This document shows, one piece after another, positions 8,440-16,815 of a stretch of DNA of 32,000 bases. The translations under genes and the position numbers were made by a program. Positions within the stretch are counted from its first letter, which is position 1. Each line of letters begins with the position of its first letter. The stretch comes from Pyrodictium occultum (lineage in GTDB: Archaea; Thermoproteota; Thermoprotei_A; Sulfolobales; Pyrodictiaceae), in contig NZ_LNTB01000001.1 of assembly GCF_001462395.1 (NCBI RefSeq), positions 810,001-842,000 of the forward strand, in the 5' to 3' direction. The notes under the pieces were generated by a model, which saw only the letters and a program-made list of their open reading frames with translations, was not told where the DNA came from and ran no database searches.

Positions 8440-10073
8440 CCTCTATTTTCCGGCTTCACCACCCTCCTCTCCCTGGCGCTGTACCTCTTGCACCGGGTCC
8501 AGGGGGGCTCTATGAGGGGCTCGTCCTGGGCGTAGCTCCTCCTCATCAGCGCCGCCAGCTCGGCCTTGCAGAGCTCGTAGCCCAGGTAGGCGTAGTGGCT
8601 GGGCTCGCTCGCGAGGCGTAGGAAGGCCGCCGCCTTGTAGACCTGCTCCGCGCTCACCCCACTCAGCTCCAGCACGCCCTTTCTCCCTATGTAGACGTCC
8701 CTGATCACGCCGTCCTCCACCGATATGAGGTGGCTGCCGGCCCTGTCCACCCGGAAGCCCTGCCACCCGGCTATGCTCGCCGCGTCCAGCCTCTTCCTCC
8801 TCCTGGGCAGCCTCGGGGGCCGGCCGCGCGGCTTCTTCTCCTTAGCGTAGAGGAGGTCCACCCCGAGGTCCTTGGGCCACCTCCTCTTGAGCAACGCCAC
8901 CCCCGCCATGGTGGCGGCGATGGATGCCTCTGCCACAGCCATCCTGGACTTCCAGCTCTCCTCGGTCACCAGCAGCACCGAGGCGCCTGCCTCAGCGTAG
9001 AGCATTGCCAGTACCGCTATCTGGCCATGGGTGTCCGCGTCGACAAGCTCGTAGACGTTGGCTATCCCCGCCATGAGAGGGGTGCCGGGCAGCCTCCTCG
9101 AGGCCTCCAGGTAGGCGGCCACGCTGGAGGCGAAGCCCATGCCTGGCGGGTCCACCAGCGGGTCCGCTATAGGCTCCAGGCCCGCCCCCCGGGCCTTCTC
9201 GACGAGGCGTGCGAGCAGCTCAGCCCTCTCCGCCGGGTCCCGCGGCGGGGCCCCCTCCCGGAGGGGGATAACAACGGCCCTGCTCCCCCGCGGCAGCTTC
9301 TCCAGGAGGGGGTCGCCCCAGCCGATGCTGAGGGTTAGGCAGCTCAGCCCCCTCGCCGCGGCCTCCGCCGCCAGCCCCTTATCCGGGGTGTCGAGCGCCA
9401 CAGGCCCAACCCTATCGGCTATGGCGCGTAGCACCTCGAGGGCCTCTCCGCGGTCCCAGTCGCTGCCGAAGCCGGCCACGAGTATGTCGGCTCCGCGGCC
9501 CAGCAGCTCCCACGCCTTCTCGGCGGCCTCCTCGCCGCCCGTGTGGGGCTGGATGTAGAGCTCGGCCGCCACCACTAGGGGAGGCGGCCGGGCCGGGACC
9601 CTGACCCCGCAGGCCTCCAGCCCCGGGGCGGAGAGGTGGCGCTTCCTCAGCTCCTCGAGCCACTTGTCCAGGAGGAGTGAGGGCTCCAGCTCGCCCCGCT
9701 CAGCGAGCTTCTCGAGGCCCTCCTCGCCCAGCTCCGCGAGGAGCAGGAGTGCCTCCGGCTCCCTGGGCCCCTTAACCACCGGGGCCCCGGCCTCTCTCCC
9801 CAGCCCCTCCAGGCTGTACTCCAGCGTGCCCGGCACAATGACCAGGTCGTACCGGCCCCTCAGCCTCCTCAGCGTGGCGGCGAGGACGTCCCTGGGGATC
9901 AGGGCGGCAACCTCGGCCGGCGCCTCTACGACCTCTATTCTCCAGCCGGTCCTCCTCAGCTCCCCCACGATATCCTCCAGGTAGCTCCTGGCCCTCCTAC
10001 CCGTCACCACCGCTATTCTAGGCGCCACGTCCAGGCCCCTCTCTGCCGGTGCACAGCTCGGGGGAGGGGGCAC
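8436..10073 (-). CDS. Dihydropteroate synthase-like (pterin-binding) protein, archaeal long form (MJ0107-like architecture)
   Basis: ORF track, 545 aa, GTG start. An in-frame GTG at 10028 gives VAPRIAVVTGRRA.... Segments VALDTPDKG, DPLVDPPGMGF and LMAGIANVYELVDADTHGQIAVLAMLYAEAGASVLLV resemble my recollection of the archaeal DHPS-related family. The family call is from memory only. Confidence 0.55.
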   Translation of the reverse strand: MPPPPSCAPAERGLDVAPRIAVVTGRRARSYLEDIVGELRRTGWRIEVVEAPAEVAALIPRDVLAATLRRLRGRYDLVIVPGTLEYSLEGLGREAGAPVVKGPREPEALLLLAELGEEGLEKLAERGELEPSLLLDKWLEELRKRHLSAPGLEACGVRVPARPPPLVVAAELYIQPHTGGEEAAEKAWELLGRGADILVAGFGSDWDRGEALEVLRAIADRVGPVALDTPDKGLAAEAAARGLSCLTLSIGWGDPLLEKLPRGSRAVVIPLREGAPPRDPAERAELLARLVEKARGAGLEPIADPLVDPPGMGFASSVAAYLEASRRLPGTPLMAGIANVYELVDADTHGQIAVLAMLYAEAGASVLLVTEESWKSRMAVAEASIAATMAGVALLKRRWPKDLGVDLLYAKEKKPRGRPPRLPRRRKRLDAASIAGWQGFRVDRAGSHLISVEDGVIRDVYIGRKGVLELSGVSAEQVYKAAAFLRLASEPSHYAYLGYELCKAELAALMRRSYAQDEPLIEPPWTRCKRYSARERRVVKPENRG

Positions 10074-10116
10074 CTTGAAAACCCCCGGGACAACACACGG
10101 TCTTCGGTGAACCTAT

Positions 10117-11056
10117 TTGCCCACGATGGAACATGTTCTGGGCCTGGCGGGCGACTGCGGCAGCCTGGCAGTGCTGGCCAGGAGGGTCATGAGGGAGGGC
10201 GTGGACCCCTGCACCGGTATGAGCCTCGTAGGCCGCTGCGTCGCTAGGCGCATCCTCCATAGGCTAGGCGTGGAGGCTCCGGAGGGGCTGCTATCCCCCG
10301 CCCTAACCGAGCCCAGGGGGGCTCCGACCCAGCCAGGGTCGAGACCAGGGCCGAGGTGCTGGAAGGGGGGAGGGCCAGGCTGACGGGGGAGAAGGTGTTC
10401 GCCACCAATGCTCTCCACGCCTCCGCTATACTAGTCCTGGCCCGGAGCGGGGACGGCTACGCTCTAGCCCTTGCCGAGCCCGGCTCCAGGGGCCTCGCAG
10501 CGGAGCCCCTCGACATCGAGGCCTACCGGTGCAGCGGGATAGCGAGGCTCCGGCTCGAGGGCGTGGAGGCGAGGCTTGTCGCCGGCCCCGGCCGCGAGCC
10601 CTACCTTGCCGTCCTCCGCTCGCTCGCCGAGAGCAGGGTCCTCGTAGCAGCGCTCGCAGTCTCCCTGGGCAGGAGGGCGCTCGAGAAGGCCCTATCGTGG
10701 GCGCTGGAGCGGGGCGTATACAGGTTCCAGGCCGTGAGCCACCGGATTGCCCGCAGCCACGCCCTCCTAGAGGCGGCGGGGGCGCTTGTGGAGAAGGCTG
10801 CGGAGGCCCTGGAGAGGGAGGGGGAGCCGGACTGGGCCCTAACCAGCGCAGCCAAGTACGTAGCTGTCGAGGCGGGGCTCGAGGCCGCGGACACGCTCGC
10901 CAGGACTATGGGCGGCCACGCGGTGAGGAGCGGGAGCGGGGCCCCGAGCTGCTCCTCCACCTCTACGGCCTCGAGCCGGCCGAGGGCACAGGGGATATAC
11001 AGCTAGAGATTATAGCGAGGAGCCTCGCCCGCCGCCCCAGGGCGGTGAGGGGTTGA
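10117..11056 (+). pseudogene. Acyl-CoA dehydrogenase-like gene, N-terminally short and broken by two -1 frameshifts
   Basis: Three track ORFs in three frames (10117..10383, 10356..11006, 10529..11056) together read like one ACAD. Frame 1 ends ...SPALTEPRG. Frame 0 continues GGSDPARVETRAEVLEGGRARLTGEKVFATNA (my translation upstream of 10356). Frame 2 supplies the C-terminal PELLLHLYGLEPAEGTGDIQLEIIARSL. The first junction is at the G6 run 10316-10321. The second lies within 10920-10945. Confidence 0.6.
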
Positions 11057-11067
11057 GCGGAGACAGG

Positions 11068-11928
11068 ATGGCCAGGCTCGGCTGGCTCCTGCTGACGGCC
11101 GGCGGCCTCGCCTCGCTCCTAGCCTGCCTGGCCCGCCTTGTCGGCGTGTGCCGCCTCGTCTCCCTGGCCGGAGGCGAGGCAGCCTACATGCTCCTCGGGG
11201 TGCTGGTCTACGCGCTGGTGGACGGCCTTCTAGGGGTTGAGATAGTCTCCGGCCTCGCCCTCGCAGCCAGCGCCGCGGTGTTCCTGAAGGTCTACTTGAA
11301 CCTGCCCAGGCCGCCCATGAGCCTCTGGCTCGCAGAGGCCCACGGCCCCGGGTTCCCCAGCGGCCACGCCACCACAGCCTCCGCCTTCTGGACCCTGGTA
11401 GCCCTCCATGCGGGCAGCCCGGTGGCAGCGCTGGCGGGCGCCCTCTACGCCGGAGCGGTGTCGCTGTCCAGGCTCGTGCTCCACGTCCACTACCCCAGAG
11501 ACGTGGCCGGCGGCCTCGTCCTCGGCCTCGCCTCCGCCCTCGCCGCCCACGCCGCGGCCAGGAGGCTCGGCCGGCTCCGCGCGGCGGCCCTGCTGGGTCT
11601 CGCTTCCCTCCCCATGGCAGCCCTGGCGCTCTCTAGGAGCCCGGGCTACGCCTCCGCGGCGAGGCTGGCCGGGATAGATGCGGGGCTCGCCGCCGCGGCC
11701 TTGCTCCTGGGGCGCGCCCGGTGGGCCCCCGGGGCCCTGTCCTCGGGAAGCCGCCGCCTCCGCCTCCTCTCCCTACTGGCCTCGCTCGCGGCCATGGCGG
11801 TGGCTGCCGTGCTCGACGGCCTGGGCCTGGCCGCGAGGGTGGCCGGTTTCGCCCTCTTCGCCGGCCTTGTAGCGGCCTCCCGGCCTCTAGCCGCCCTTGT
11901 CCTCCGGCTTCGGGGGCGCGGCTCCTAG
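11068..11928 (+). CDS. PAP2-superfamily membrane phosphatase (phosphatidic acid / polyprenyl-diphosphate phosphatase type)
   Basis: Track ORF starts at 11053 (TTG); the first ATG is 11068 (MARLGWLLLTAGG). The tripartite PAP2 motif is present: KVYLNLPRP, PSGH and SRLVLHVHYPRD. The protein is multi-TM and Ala/Leu-rich. Confidence 0.8.
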   Translation: MARLGWLLLTAGGLASLLACLARLVGVCRLVSLAGGEAAYMLLGVLVYALVDGLLGVEIVSGLALAASAAVFLKVYLNLPRPPMSLWLAEAHGPGFPSGHATTASAFWTLVALHAGSPVAALAGALYAGAVSLSRLVLHVHYPRDVAGGLVLGLASALAAHAAARRLGRLRAAALLGLASLPMAALALSRSPGYASAARLAGIDAGLAAAALLLGRARWAPGALSSGSRRLRLLSLLASLAAMAVAAVLDGLGLAARVAGFALFAGLVAASRPLAALVLRLRGRGS

Positions 11929-13281
11929 CTGCCGGAAGAGCAGCCTCGCGGCCACGGTCAGCGGGTCCCAGACCGGGTTGAGGCCGGGCCAGTAGCCTAC
12001 ATCTACGCCGAAGAGGTCCCAGACTGTGGCGCCCTTGTAGAGGAGGGAGGCGACCACATTCACCCTCCAGAAGCCGCTGGGGTCGCCGGAGACCGCCTGG
12101 GCGCCCAGCAGCCTCCCGGTATCGGCGTCGGCCACGACCTTGAGCACTATCTCCTCGCCGCCCATGTAGTGGGCCCTAGTCCTGGCCTTCAGCCTCGCGG
12201 CCACCGGGTTGAAGCCGTGGCGTCTGGCCTCCTCCTCGCCGAGCCCGGTGGCCGCCACGTAGAACCCGAAGGCCCCCACAGCGCTGGTCCGGACCACGCC
12301 GGGGAACCGGGCGTCCCCACCGGCTATGTTCGTGCCGGCCACGTACCCCATTTTGTTCGCGGCGGGGGCGAAGGGCCACCAGACCCTCCCGCCGGTCACC
12401 AGGTCCCTGGTCTCAGCGACGTCGCCGACAGCGTACACGTTGTCAACGCTGGTCCTCATCCTCTCGTCCGTCCACACGGCCCCCGTCTCGCCCAGCCTTA
12501 TGCCAGCCTTCTCAGCGATATCCGCCGCGGGCTCGATGCCGCCGGCCACTATGAAGAGGTCTCCGCCGACCCTCTCCCCGTTGTCGAGCACAGCCGATAC
12601 AGCCAGGTCCCCGGAGCCCTCCAGGCCCTCCACCCTCCTCCCGAGGACGAGCTCGACCCCCGCCGCCCGGGCCCTCTCCTCCACAAGCCCCTTCATATCC
12701 TCGTCCAGCATCCTGTTCAGCAGCCAGCCACGCCGGTGGATGATCGTAACCCTCCTCCCGAGCCCGGCGAGGTTCTCGGCTGCCTCGACGCCCGTATAGC
12801 CGCCGCCTATGACCACGATCCTCCTCACATCGTCCCGGACAGCGGCCGCCCTTACCCTGTCGGCGTCGCCGAGGCTATGGAGGGTGTAGACGTTACGGTA
12901 CCGGAGCCACTCGCCCAGCACGCGGGGCCGGGCACCGGTGGCTAGGACGAGGTAGTCGTACTCGTACCAGCCCTCCTCCCCGGTCGAGAGGCTGCGGTAC
13001 CGCAGCCTCCCCTCCCCCGGCTCCAGCTCCGTCACAAGCGTCCTCAGCATCACCCTTATCCCGCGGCGCCTGGTGAACTCCTCGGGCGGGTAGTAGAGGA
13101 GATCGTCAAGCCTGCGGACCCTGCAGCCGATGTAGTAGGGGGTGCCGCAGAGCGCGAAGCTGACCCAGCTCCCCTTCTCGAAAACCACCACCTCGGCCCG
13201 GTCGCCCAGCATCCTCTTAGCCCTGCTAGCCGCGGCCATCCCCGCGGCTCCGCCGCCCACCACGGCGACTCGGACAGCCAC
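11887..13281 (-). CDS. FAD-dependent pyridine nucleotide-disulfide oxidoreductase (CoA-disulfide reductase / NADH oxidase family)
   Basis: The track ORF (706 aa) is over-extended. The real start is probably GTG 13281 (VAVRVAVVGGGAAGMAAA). Motifs: redox Cys motif SFALCGTPYYIG, second dinucleotide fold RIVVIGGGYTGVEAAENL, and YAVGDVAE. The 3' end overlaps the convergent PAP2 gene by 42 nt. Confidence 0.85.
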   Translation of the reverse strand: MAVRVAVVGGGAAGMAAASRAKRMLGDRAEVVVFEKGSWVSFALCGTPYYIGCRVRRLDDLLYYPPEEFTRRRGIRVMLRTLVTELEPGEGRLRYRSLSTGEEGWYEYDYLVLATGARPRVLGEWLRYRNVYTLHSLGDADRVRAAAVRDDVRRIVVIGGGYTGVEAAENLAGLGRRVTIIHRRGWLLNRMLDEDMKGLVEERARAAGVELVLGRRVEGLEGSGDLAVSAVLDNGERVGGDLFIVAGGIEPAADIAEKAGIRLGETGAVWTDERMRTSVDNVYAVGDVAETRDLVTGGRVWWPFAPAANKMGYVAGTNIAGGDARFPGVVRTSAVGAFGFYVAATGLGEEEARRHGFNPVAARLKARTRAHYMGGEEIVLKVVADADTGRLLGAQAVSGDPSGFWRVNVVASLLYKGATVWDLFGVDVGYWPGLNPVWDPLTVAARLLFRQLGAAPPKPEDKGG

Positions 13282-13325
13282 GGCGGCCTTCCCAGGAGCC
13301 TCCAGGGCCCGGGGGCCGGCCAGCC

Positions 13326-13904
13326 TTATAGCGAGCGCCCCTCCCCGTAGCCGCAGAAGCCGCAGCGGCCCTCCACGAGGGGCCTCCCGCAGACCGGGCA
13401 GGCCCCGCCCCTGGCCTCCGGCAGCGCCTCCCGCTCCTCGAGCAGCAGCCTCACCGCCCTGGCGGCGCCGGCGGCCAGTGTGGCGGCGAGGACGCGGACA
13501 AGCCACGCCGGCGCCCCCGCCTCCTCCGCGACGTGGTCTACGAACCCCGTATCGCCGAGGAGGTAGCTGCGGGCCAGGTCGTAGACCGGGAGCCTCCCGG
13601 CGGCGAGGGCGCTGCGGAGAGGCCTGGCCTCCTCGTAGAACCCGCTCGACTCCAGCCTCGCTATGGTCTCGGCCGCGAAGTCCGCGTACTGGGCCGGGCT
13701 GAGCGGCGGGGGCCCGCCGCGGACCGCGACCGGGAGGCCGCCGGCCCGGGCCAGCATGGCGTAGACCTCCACCGCCTTCCCGGGCGCCGTCCTCCGGGCG
13801 GCGAGCGCCATCCTGTCCGCCAGCTCCTCGAGCACAGTCAGCAGCTCCCTGCCGCCCCGCGGCGCCGCCTCCACCGCCTCCCGGAGGCCCGGGAGCCGGG
13901 TCAA
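13326..13904 (-). CDS. Short FdhE-like protein (helical domain plus one CxxC-x8-CxxC knuckle)
   Basis: This is the lower part of track ORF 13326..14315. Proposed TTG start at 13904 (ELTRLPGLREAVEAA...). APAWLVRVLAATLAAGAARAVRLLLEEREALPEARGGACPVCGRPLVEGRCGFCG parallels RALALWLLQPLLSALRLAAGPALDWAREYWQQGVCPVCGS of the adjacent full-length FdhE. The start is uncertain. Confidence 0.5.
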   Translation of the reverse strand: MTRLPGLREAVEAAPRGGRELLTVLEELADRMALAARRTAPGKAVEVYAMLARAGGLPVAVRGGPPPLSPAQYADFAAETIARLESSGFYEEARPLRSALAAGRLPVYDLARSYLLGDTGFVDHVAEEAGAPAWLVRVLAATLAAGAARAVRLLLEEREALPEARGGACPVCGRPLVEGRCGFCGYGEGRSL

Positions 13905-14056
13905 CTCCTCTCCTCCTCCAGCACCCGGTCCTCGGTCTTCCTCTTCCTCTTCTTGCCCATGCCCCTGCACTTGGAGAGCCTCCCCAGCTCCAGCTCCTCG
14001 GCTGCATAGAAGTCCTCCGGCATCTCCTCGTAGAAGCCGCCCTCCTCCTCGCTCAT
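13901..14056 (-). CDS. Possible 51-aa micro-ORF wedged between the two FdhE-like genes (acidic N-terminus, KKRKRK patch)
   Basis: My translation: MSEEEGGFYEEMPEDFYAAEELELGRLSKCRGMGKKRKRKTEDRVLEEERS. Its ATG at 14056 is 3 nt after the fdhE stop. Its TGA (13903-13901) overlaps the TTG 13904 of the next gene. It is below the track size cutoff. It could instead be the frameshifted N-terminus of the downstream gene. Confidence 0.3.
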   Translation of the reverse strand: MSEEEGGFYEEMPEDFYAAEELELGRLSKCRGMGKKRKRKTEDRVLEEERS

Positions 14057-14059
14057 GCC

Positions 14060-14995
14060 TCACCGCCTCTCCTCCAGCGCTGCTCCCTCGGCTATCTCGT
14101 CCAGGGCGAAGCTGTAGACGTTGTATAGCCCCCTCGGGGGCAGCCCCGCCTTGACAGCCTTCTCGTCCTCCTCGTCGACCACCTTCCAGTAGCCGCCGCA
14201 GCGCCTGCACCGGTAGAGCCGGAGCCAGGGCTTGTCGGGGAGCGGGCGGTAGAGCACCACGTCTCCGGGCCTCTCGGCGCCGCAGTAGGGGCAGCGGGCC
14301 CTGGGGAACACCCACTCCATGCCGCAGGCCTGGCAGATCAGGTACTGGCGGCGGCCCTCACCCCTCATGTAGCCGACGCGGGTGGCGGAGCCGCAGACCG
14401 GGCAGACGCCCTGCTGCCAGTACTCCCTGGCCCAGTCGAGCGCGGGCCCGGCGGCCAGGCGGAGGGCGCTGAGGAGGGGCTGGAGGAGCCAGAGGGCGAG
14501 GGCGCGCACCCGGTCCCGGTCGGCTGAGACCGCGCCCGCCCAGGCGTGTATGCTGTCCTCCCTCCCCTGGAGCAGCTCCTCGACCAGCTGGGATAGGCTG
14601 AGCACAGCCTTCTCCACGGGGTCCCGCAGCGAGGCGGCGGCGCCCTCCAGGCTGAACCCGGCCCCGGCCGCGGCGTCCATTATAGCCAGCATGGAGTCGC
14701 GGAGGAACGCCTCGCCCATCAGCGGGCGGGGGAGCCCGCCGAGCAGGGCTACGAGAGGCTTACGCTCCACGGCTATCCTCCGCGCCGCGGCCTGGACCTC
14801 CTCCACGAGGCCCGCTTCCCGGAGGCGGCGGAGCGCCTCCTCCTCTACCCGTGCCTGGGCCTCGTAGAGGGCCTCGAGGATGCGGTAGGTACGGCTATTC
14901 TCCGGCTCCTCCTGGGCCAGCCGGTCGAGCCACGCCCTTATCTCGGGAAGCCTATCCTTCAGGAGCCTAAGACCATGCCCCGACTCTACCATCAC
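14060..14995 (-). CDS. fdhE: Formate dehydrogenase accessory protein FdhE
   Basis: ORF track, 311 aa. It has the FdhE Cys pattern: CPVCGS...RRQYLICQACGMEW..RARCPYCG...YRCRRCGGYW (four CxxC pairs) after a helical N-terminal domain. It lies in the fdh cluster. Confidence 0.8.
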   Translation of the reverse strand: MMVESGHGLRLLKDRLPEIRAWLDRLAQEEPENSRTYRILEALYEAQARVEEEALRRLREAGLVEEVQAAARRIAVERKPLVALLGGLPRPLMGEAFLRDSMLAIMDAAAGAGFSLEGAAASLRDPVEKAVLSLSQLVEELLQGREDSIHAWAGAVSADRDRVRALALWLLQPLLSALRLAAGPALDWAREYWQQGVCPVCGSATRVGYMRGEGRRQYLICQACGMEWVFPRARCPYCGAERPGDVVLYRPLPDKPWLRLYRCRRCGGYWKVVDEEDEKAVKAGLPPRGLYNVYSFALDEIAEGAALEERR

Positions 14996-15122
14996 GCACA
15001 GCCTCTAGCTAGTGATACGCGGGGATGCTCCAGCGGGCGGAGCACCAAGCGGCTAAGAAGACACTGGGCAGTGAATAAAGCAAGCGGGAACAACGGGGAC
15101 ACCCCATGCGAGCCCCTCGGGG

Positions 15123-15941
15123 CTAGCAGAGGGGCGATAGGGGGCTAGCCTCTGCATAGGGCTCCAGCCCCAGGCGGCCTAGGGGCATAACGAGTGGCGC
15201 CCCCTGGATCCTCTCCGGGGCCGTGTAGACTGCCAGGCCCCGGCCATCCGGCCTGCGGAGCACGAGCGTGACGCCATGCTTCCTCGCGGCCGCGAGCCCG
15301 CTGAGCAGGGGGTGGTGGTTGGCCACGATGACCCGGACCCCCGCCCTCGCGAGAGCCTTGACCGCGTCCCCCGACACCCTGCCGGTCGAGACGGCCACCA
15401 GGGCTAGCCCCCTGAGCCTCCCGGCCGCGGCGAGCCTGGACAGCATCCCCGCCGCCTTCAACATGGCGCTGTGCCTGCTGACATCGCTTACGAGCAGCAG
15501 CCTCTCCGCGGAGCCCGAGCCGCGCTCCACCCCGTAGACGGCGACCGAGTGGAGCGCGTAGGGGCACCGGTGCTTCGGCACCATATGCACCAGGTCGCGG
15601 TAGGCCTCCTCCACCAGGCTCCACTCGACCCTGCGGTCCTCGGGTAGCCCGGCGGCGGCCGCCCTAGCGAGCCGGGCCCTCACGAGGAAGCTCATATCCC
15701 CGGTGCCCGTGACGGATAGGAGCTCTACGTGGTCCCCCAGCTCCGCCAGCTCCTCGCGCAGCGCCAGCCCCGCCACGGCGTCGGCGAGGTAGTTTGGGCT
15801 AGTGTATATCGAGCCTAGCCTCCTCCCGTCCAGCTCAACCACGTACTCGTAGTCGGCTGCCACGCGCAGCCCCGAGACCATGGTGGTGGCCAGGCTGCAC
15901 TCACGGGCAGCGTCCACGGCCCTGGCTACACGCTCCTCCAT
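15123..15941 (-). CDS. fdhD: FdhD-like formate dehydrogenase sulfurtransferase/accessory protein (divergent)
   Basis: ORF track, 272 aa, ATG with GGAGGG about 10 nt upstream. The C-terminal VAVSTGRVSGDAVKALARAGVRVIVANHHPLLSGLAAARKHGVTLV matches the FdhD pattern SGR.S.E...KA..AG........P...A...A...G.TL. Size and position fit FdhD. Confidence 0.65.
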   Translation of the reverse strand: MEERVARAVDAARECSLATTMVSGLRVAADYEYVVELDGRRLGSIYTSPNYLADAVAGLALREELAELGDHVELLSVTGTGDMSFLVRARLARAAAAGLPEDRRVEWSLVEEAYRDLVHMVPKHRCPYALHSVAVYGVERGSGSAERLLLVSDVSRHSAMLKAAGMLSRLAAAGRLRGLALVAVSTGRVSGDAVKALARAGVRVIVANHHPLLSGLAAARKHGVTLVLRRPDGRGLAVYTAPERIQGAPLVMPLGRLGLEPYAEASPLSPLC

Positions 15942-15994
15942 GCCTATTTGCCCTCCATGGCAGGGTTAAGGCGTGCATAACCGCTGGTACGGGG

Positions 15995-15999
15995 AAAAA
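15995..15999 (-). terminator. Oligo-T (T5 on the minus strand) 25-29 nt downstream of the cytochrome b gene
   Basis: The + strand reads ggggaaaaagg. Archaeal terminators are typically oligo-T tracts. This could attenuate transcription between the structural and accessory fdh genes. Confidence 0.25.
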
Positions 16000-16023
16000 G
16001 GTGTGTGGGCTGGTTGAGCGCCT

Positions 16024-16794
16024 CTAGGCCTCCTCGGCCTCTTTGGCGGCCTTCTCGTAGTATAGCGGGTGGTGGTGCTTCACGAAGTCCTCGGGAGCGG
16101 TGCCGGTGCGGAAGATAGCCCTCACCATGGGCCTGTGCTCCGGTATCCCTATGGCGAGGTACACGTGCACTATGAGCCCTGCTATGCCGAGCCATGCTGC
16201 CCACACGTGTATTGTGTGCGCCAGCGCCACTGTCTCCGGGCTGAAGCTGCTGCGGAACCACATTACCATGCCCGTGGCGAAGAGTATTGCGAAGCCTATG
16301 AACACGCTCAATATCCACAGCTTCTGGCCTAGATTATACTTGCCGAACCTGACGCTCCTCCTCCCGAGGTAGTAGGCTGCCAGGTTCCTCACTGCCTCGC
16401 CCAGCCCGCCCTCAGGCCAGATCTGCCACTTCCTTATCCTCGGCAGCTCGCCGAGAAGCCATACCAAGCCTATAGCCGCCATGCCTACTCCTGCCAGCCT
16501 GTGGATTACCCTGGCCACCTGCACCCCTAGGCTGTAGGCGCTGTAGCCCTGCTCAAACGGGGAGTAGCCGAGCGCCTTAGCCAGGTAGGAGGCCGGTGTG
16601 CCGAGCGCGTAGGCTAGCCAGCCGAAGAAGCTGTCCAGCGGGCTCGGCAGCTTGGCGGCCGATATTATTAGCCCCGTGAGTATCAGCGCCGCCGCGAAGT
16701 GTACCACATGCTTATGCGTCCATATCTCCAGCTCGCTGAAGAGCCTAATCTCGCGCGCCACCTGGAGCCACCTCCCAGGGCGTGGGTGGGTCAT
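16024..16794 (-). CDS. fdnI: Formate dehydrogenase gamma subunit-like membrane cytochrome b (FdnI / Ni-Fe hydrogenase b-type cytochrome family)
   Basis: ORF track, 256 aa. RLFSELEIWTHKHVVHFAAALILTGL, FGKYNLGQKLWILSVFIGFAILFATG and HTIHVWAAWLGIAGLIVHVYLAI give multi-TM helices with conserved His positions. It starts 21 nt after the beta gene. Confidence 0.75.
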   Translation of the reverse strand: MTHPRPGRWLQVAREIRLFSELEIWTHKHVVHFAAALILTGLIISAAKLPSPLDSFFGWLAYALGTPASYLAKALGYSPFEQGYSAYSLGVQVARVIHRLAGVGMAAIGLVWLLGELPRIRKWQIWPEGGLGEAVRNLAAYYLGRRSVRFGKYNLGQKLWILSVFIGFAILFATGMVMWFRSSFSPETVALAHTIHVWAAWLGIAGLIVHVYLAIGIPEHRPMVRAIFRTGTAPEDFVKHHHPLYYEKAAKEAEEA

Positions 16795-16815
16795 GGGAGA
16801 AAGGGGTGAGCCTGG

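Noticed and set aside
13282-14007. N-terminal 242 codons of the 706-aa track ORF (11887..14007), which would make a giant oxidoreductase
   Set aside because: The extension is Gly/Arg/Pro/Ala low-complexity sequence. It overlaps the FdhE-like gene in another frame. The oxidoreductase homology (VAVVGGGAAG...) begins right after an in-frame GTG at 13281. It is a typical stop-poor extension in GC-rich DNA.
13905-14315. Upper part of the 329-aa track ORF 13326..14315
   Set aside because: It overlaps the 3' end of fdhE in a different frame and translates to Gly/Arg/Glu low complexity. Recognisable FdhE-like sequence starts only around TTG 13904.
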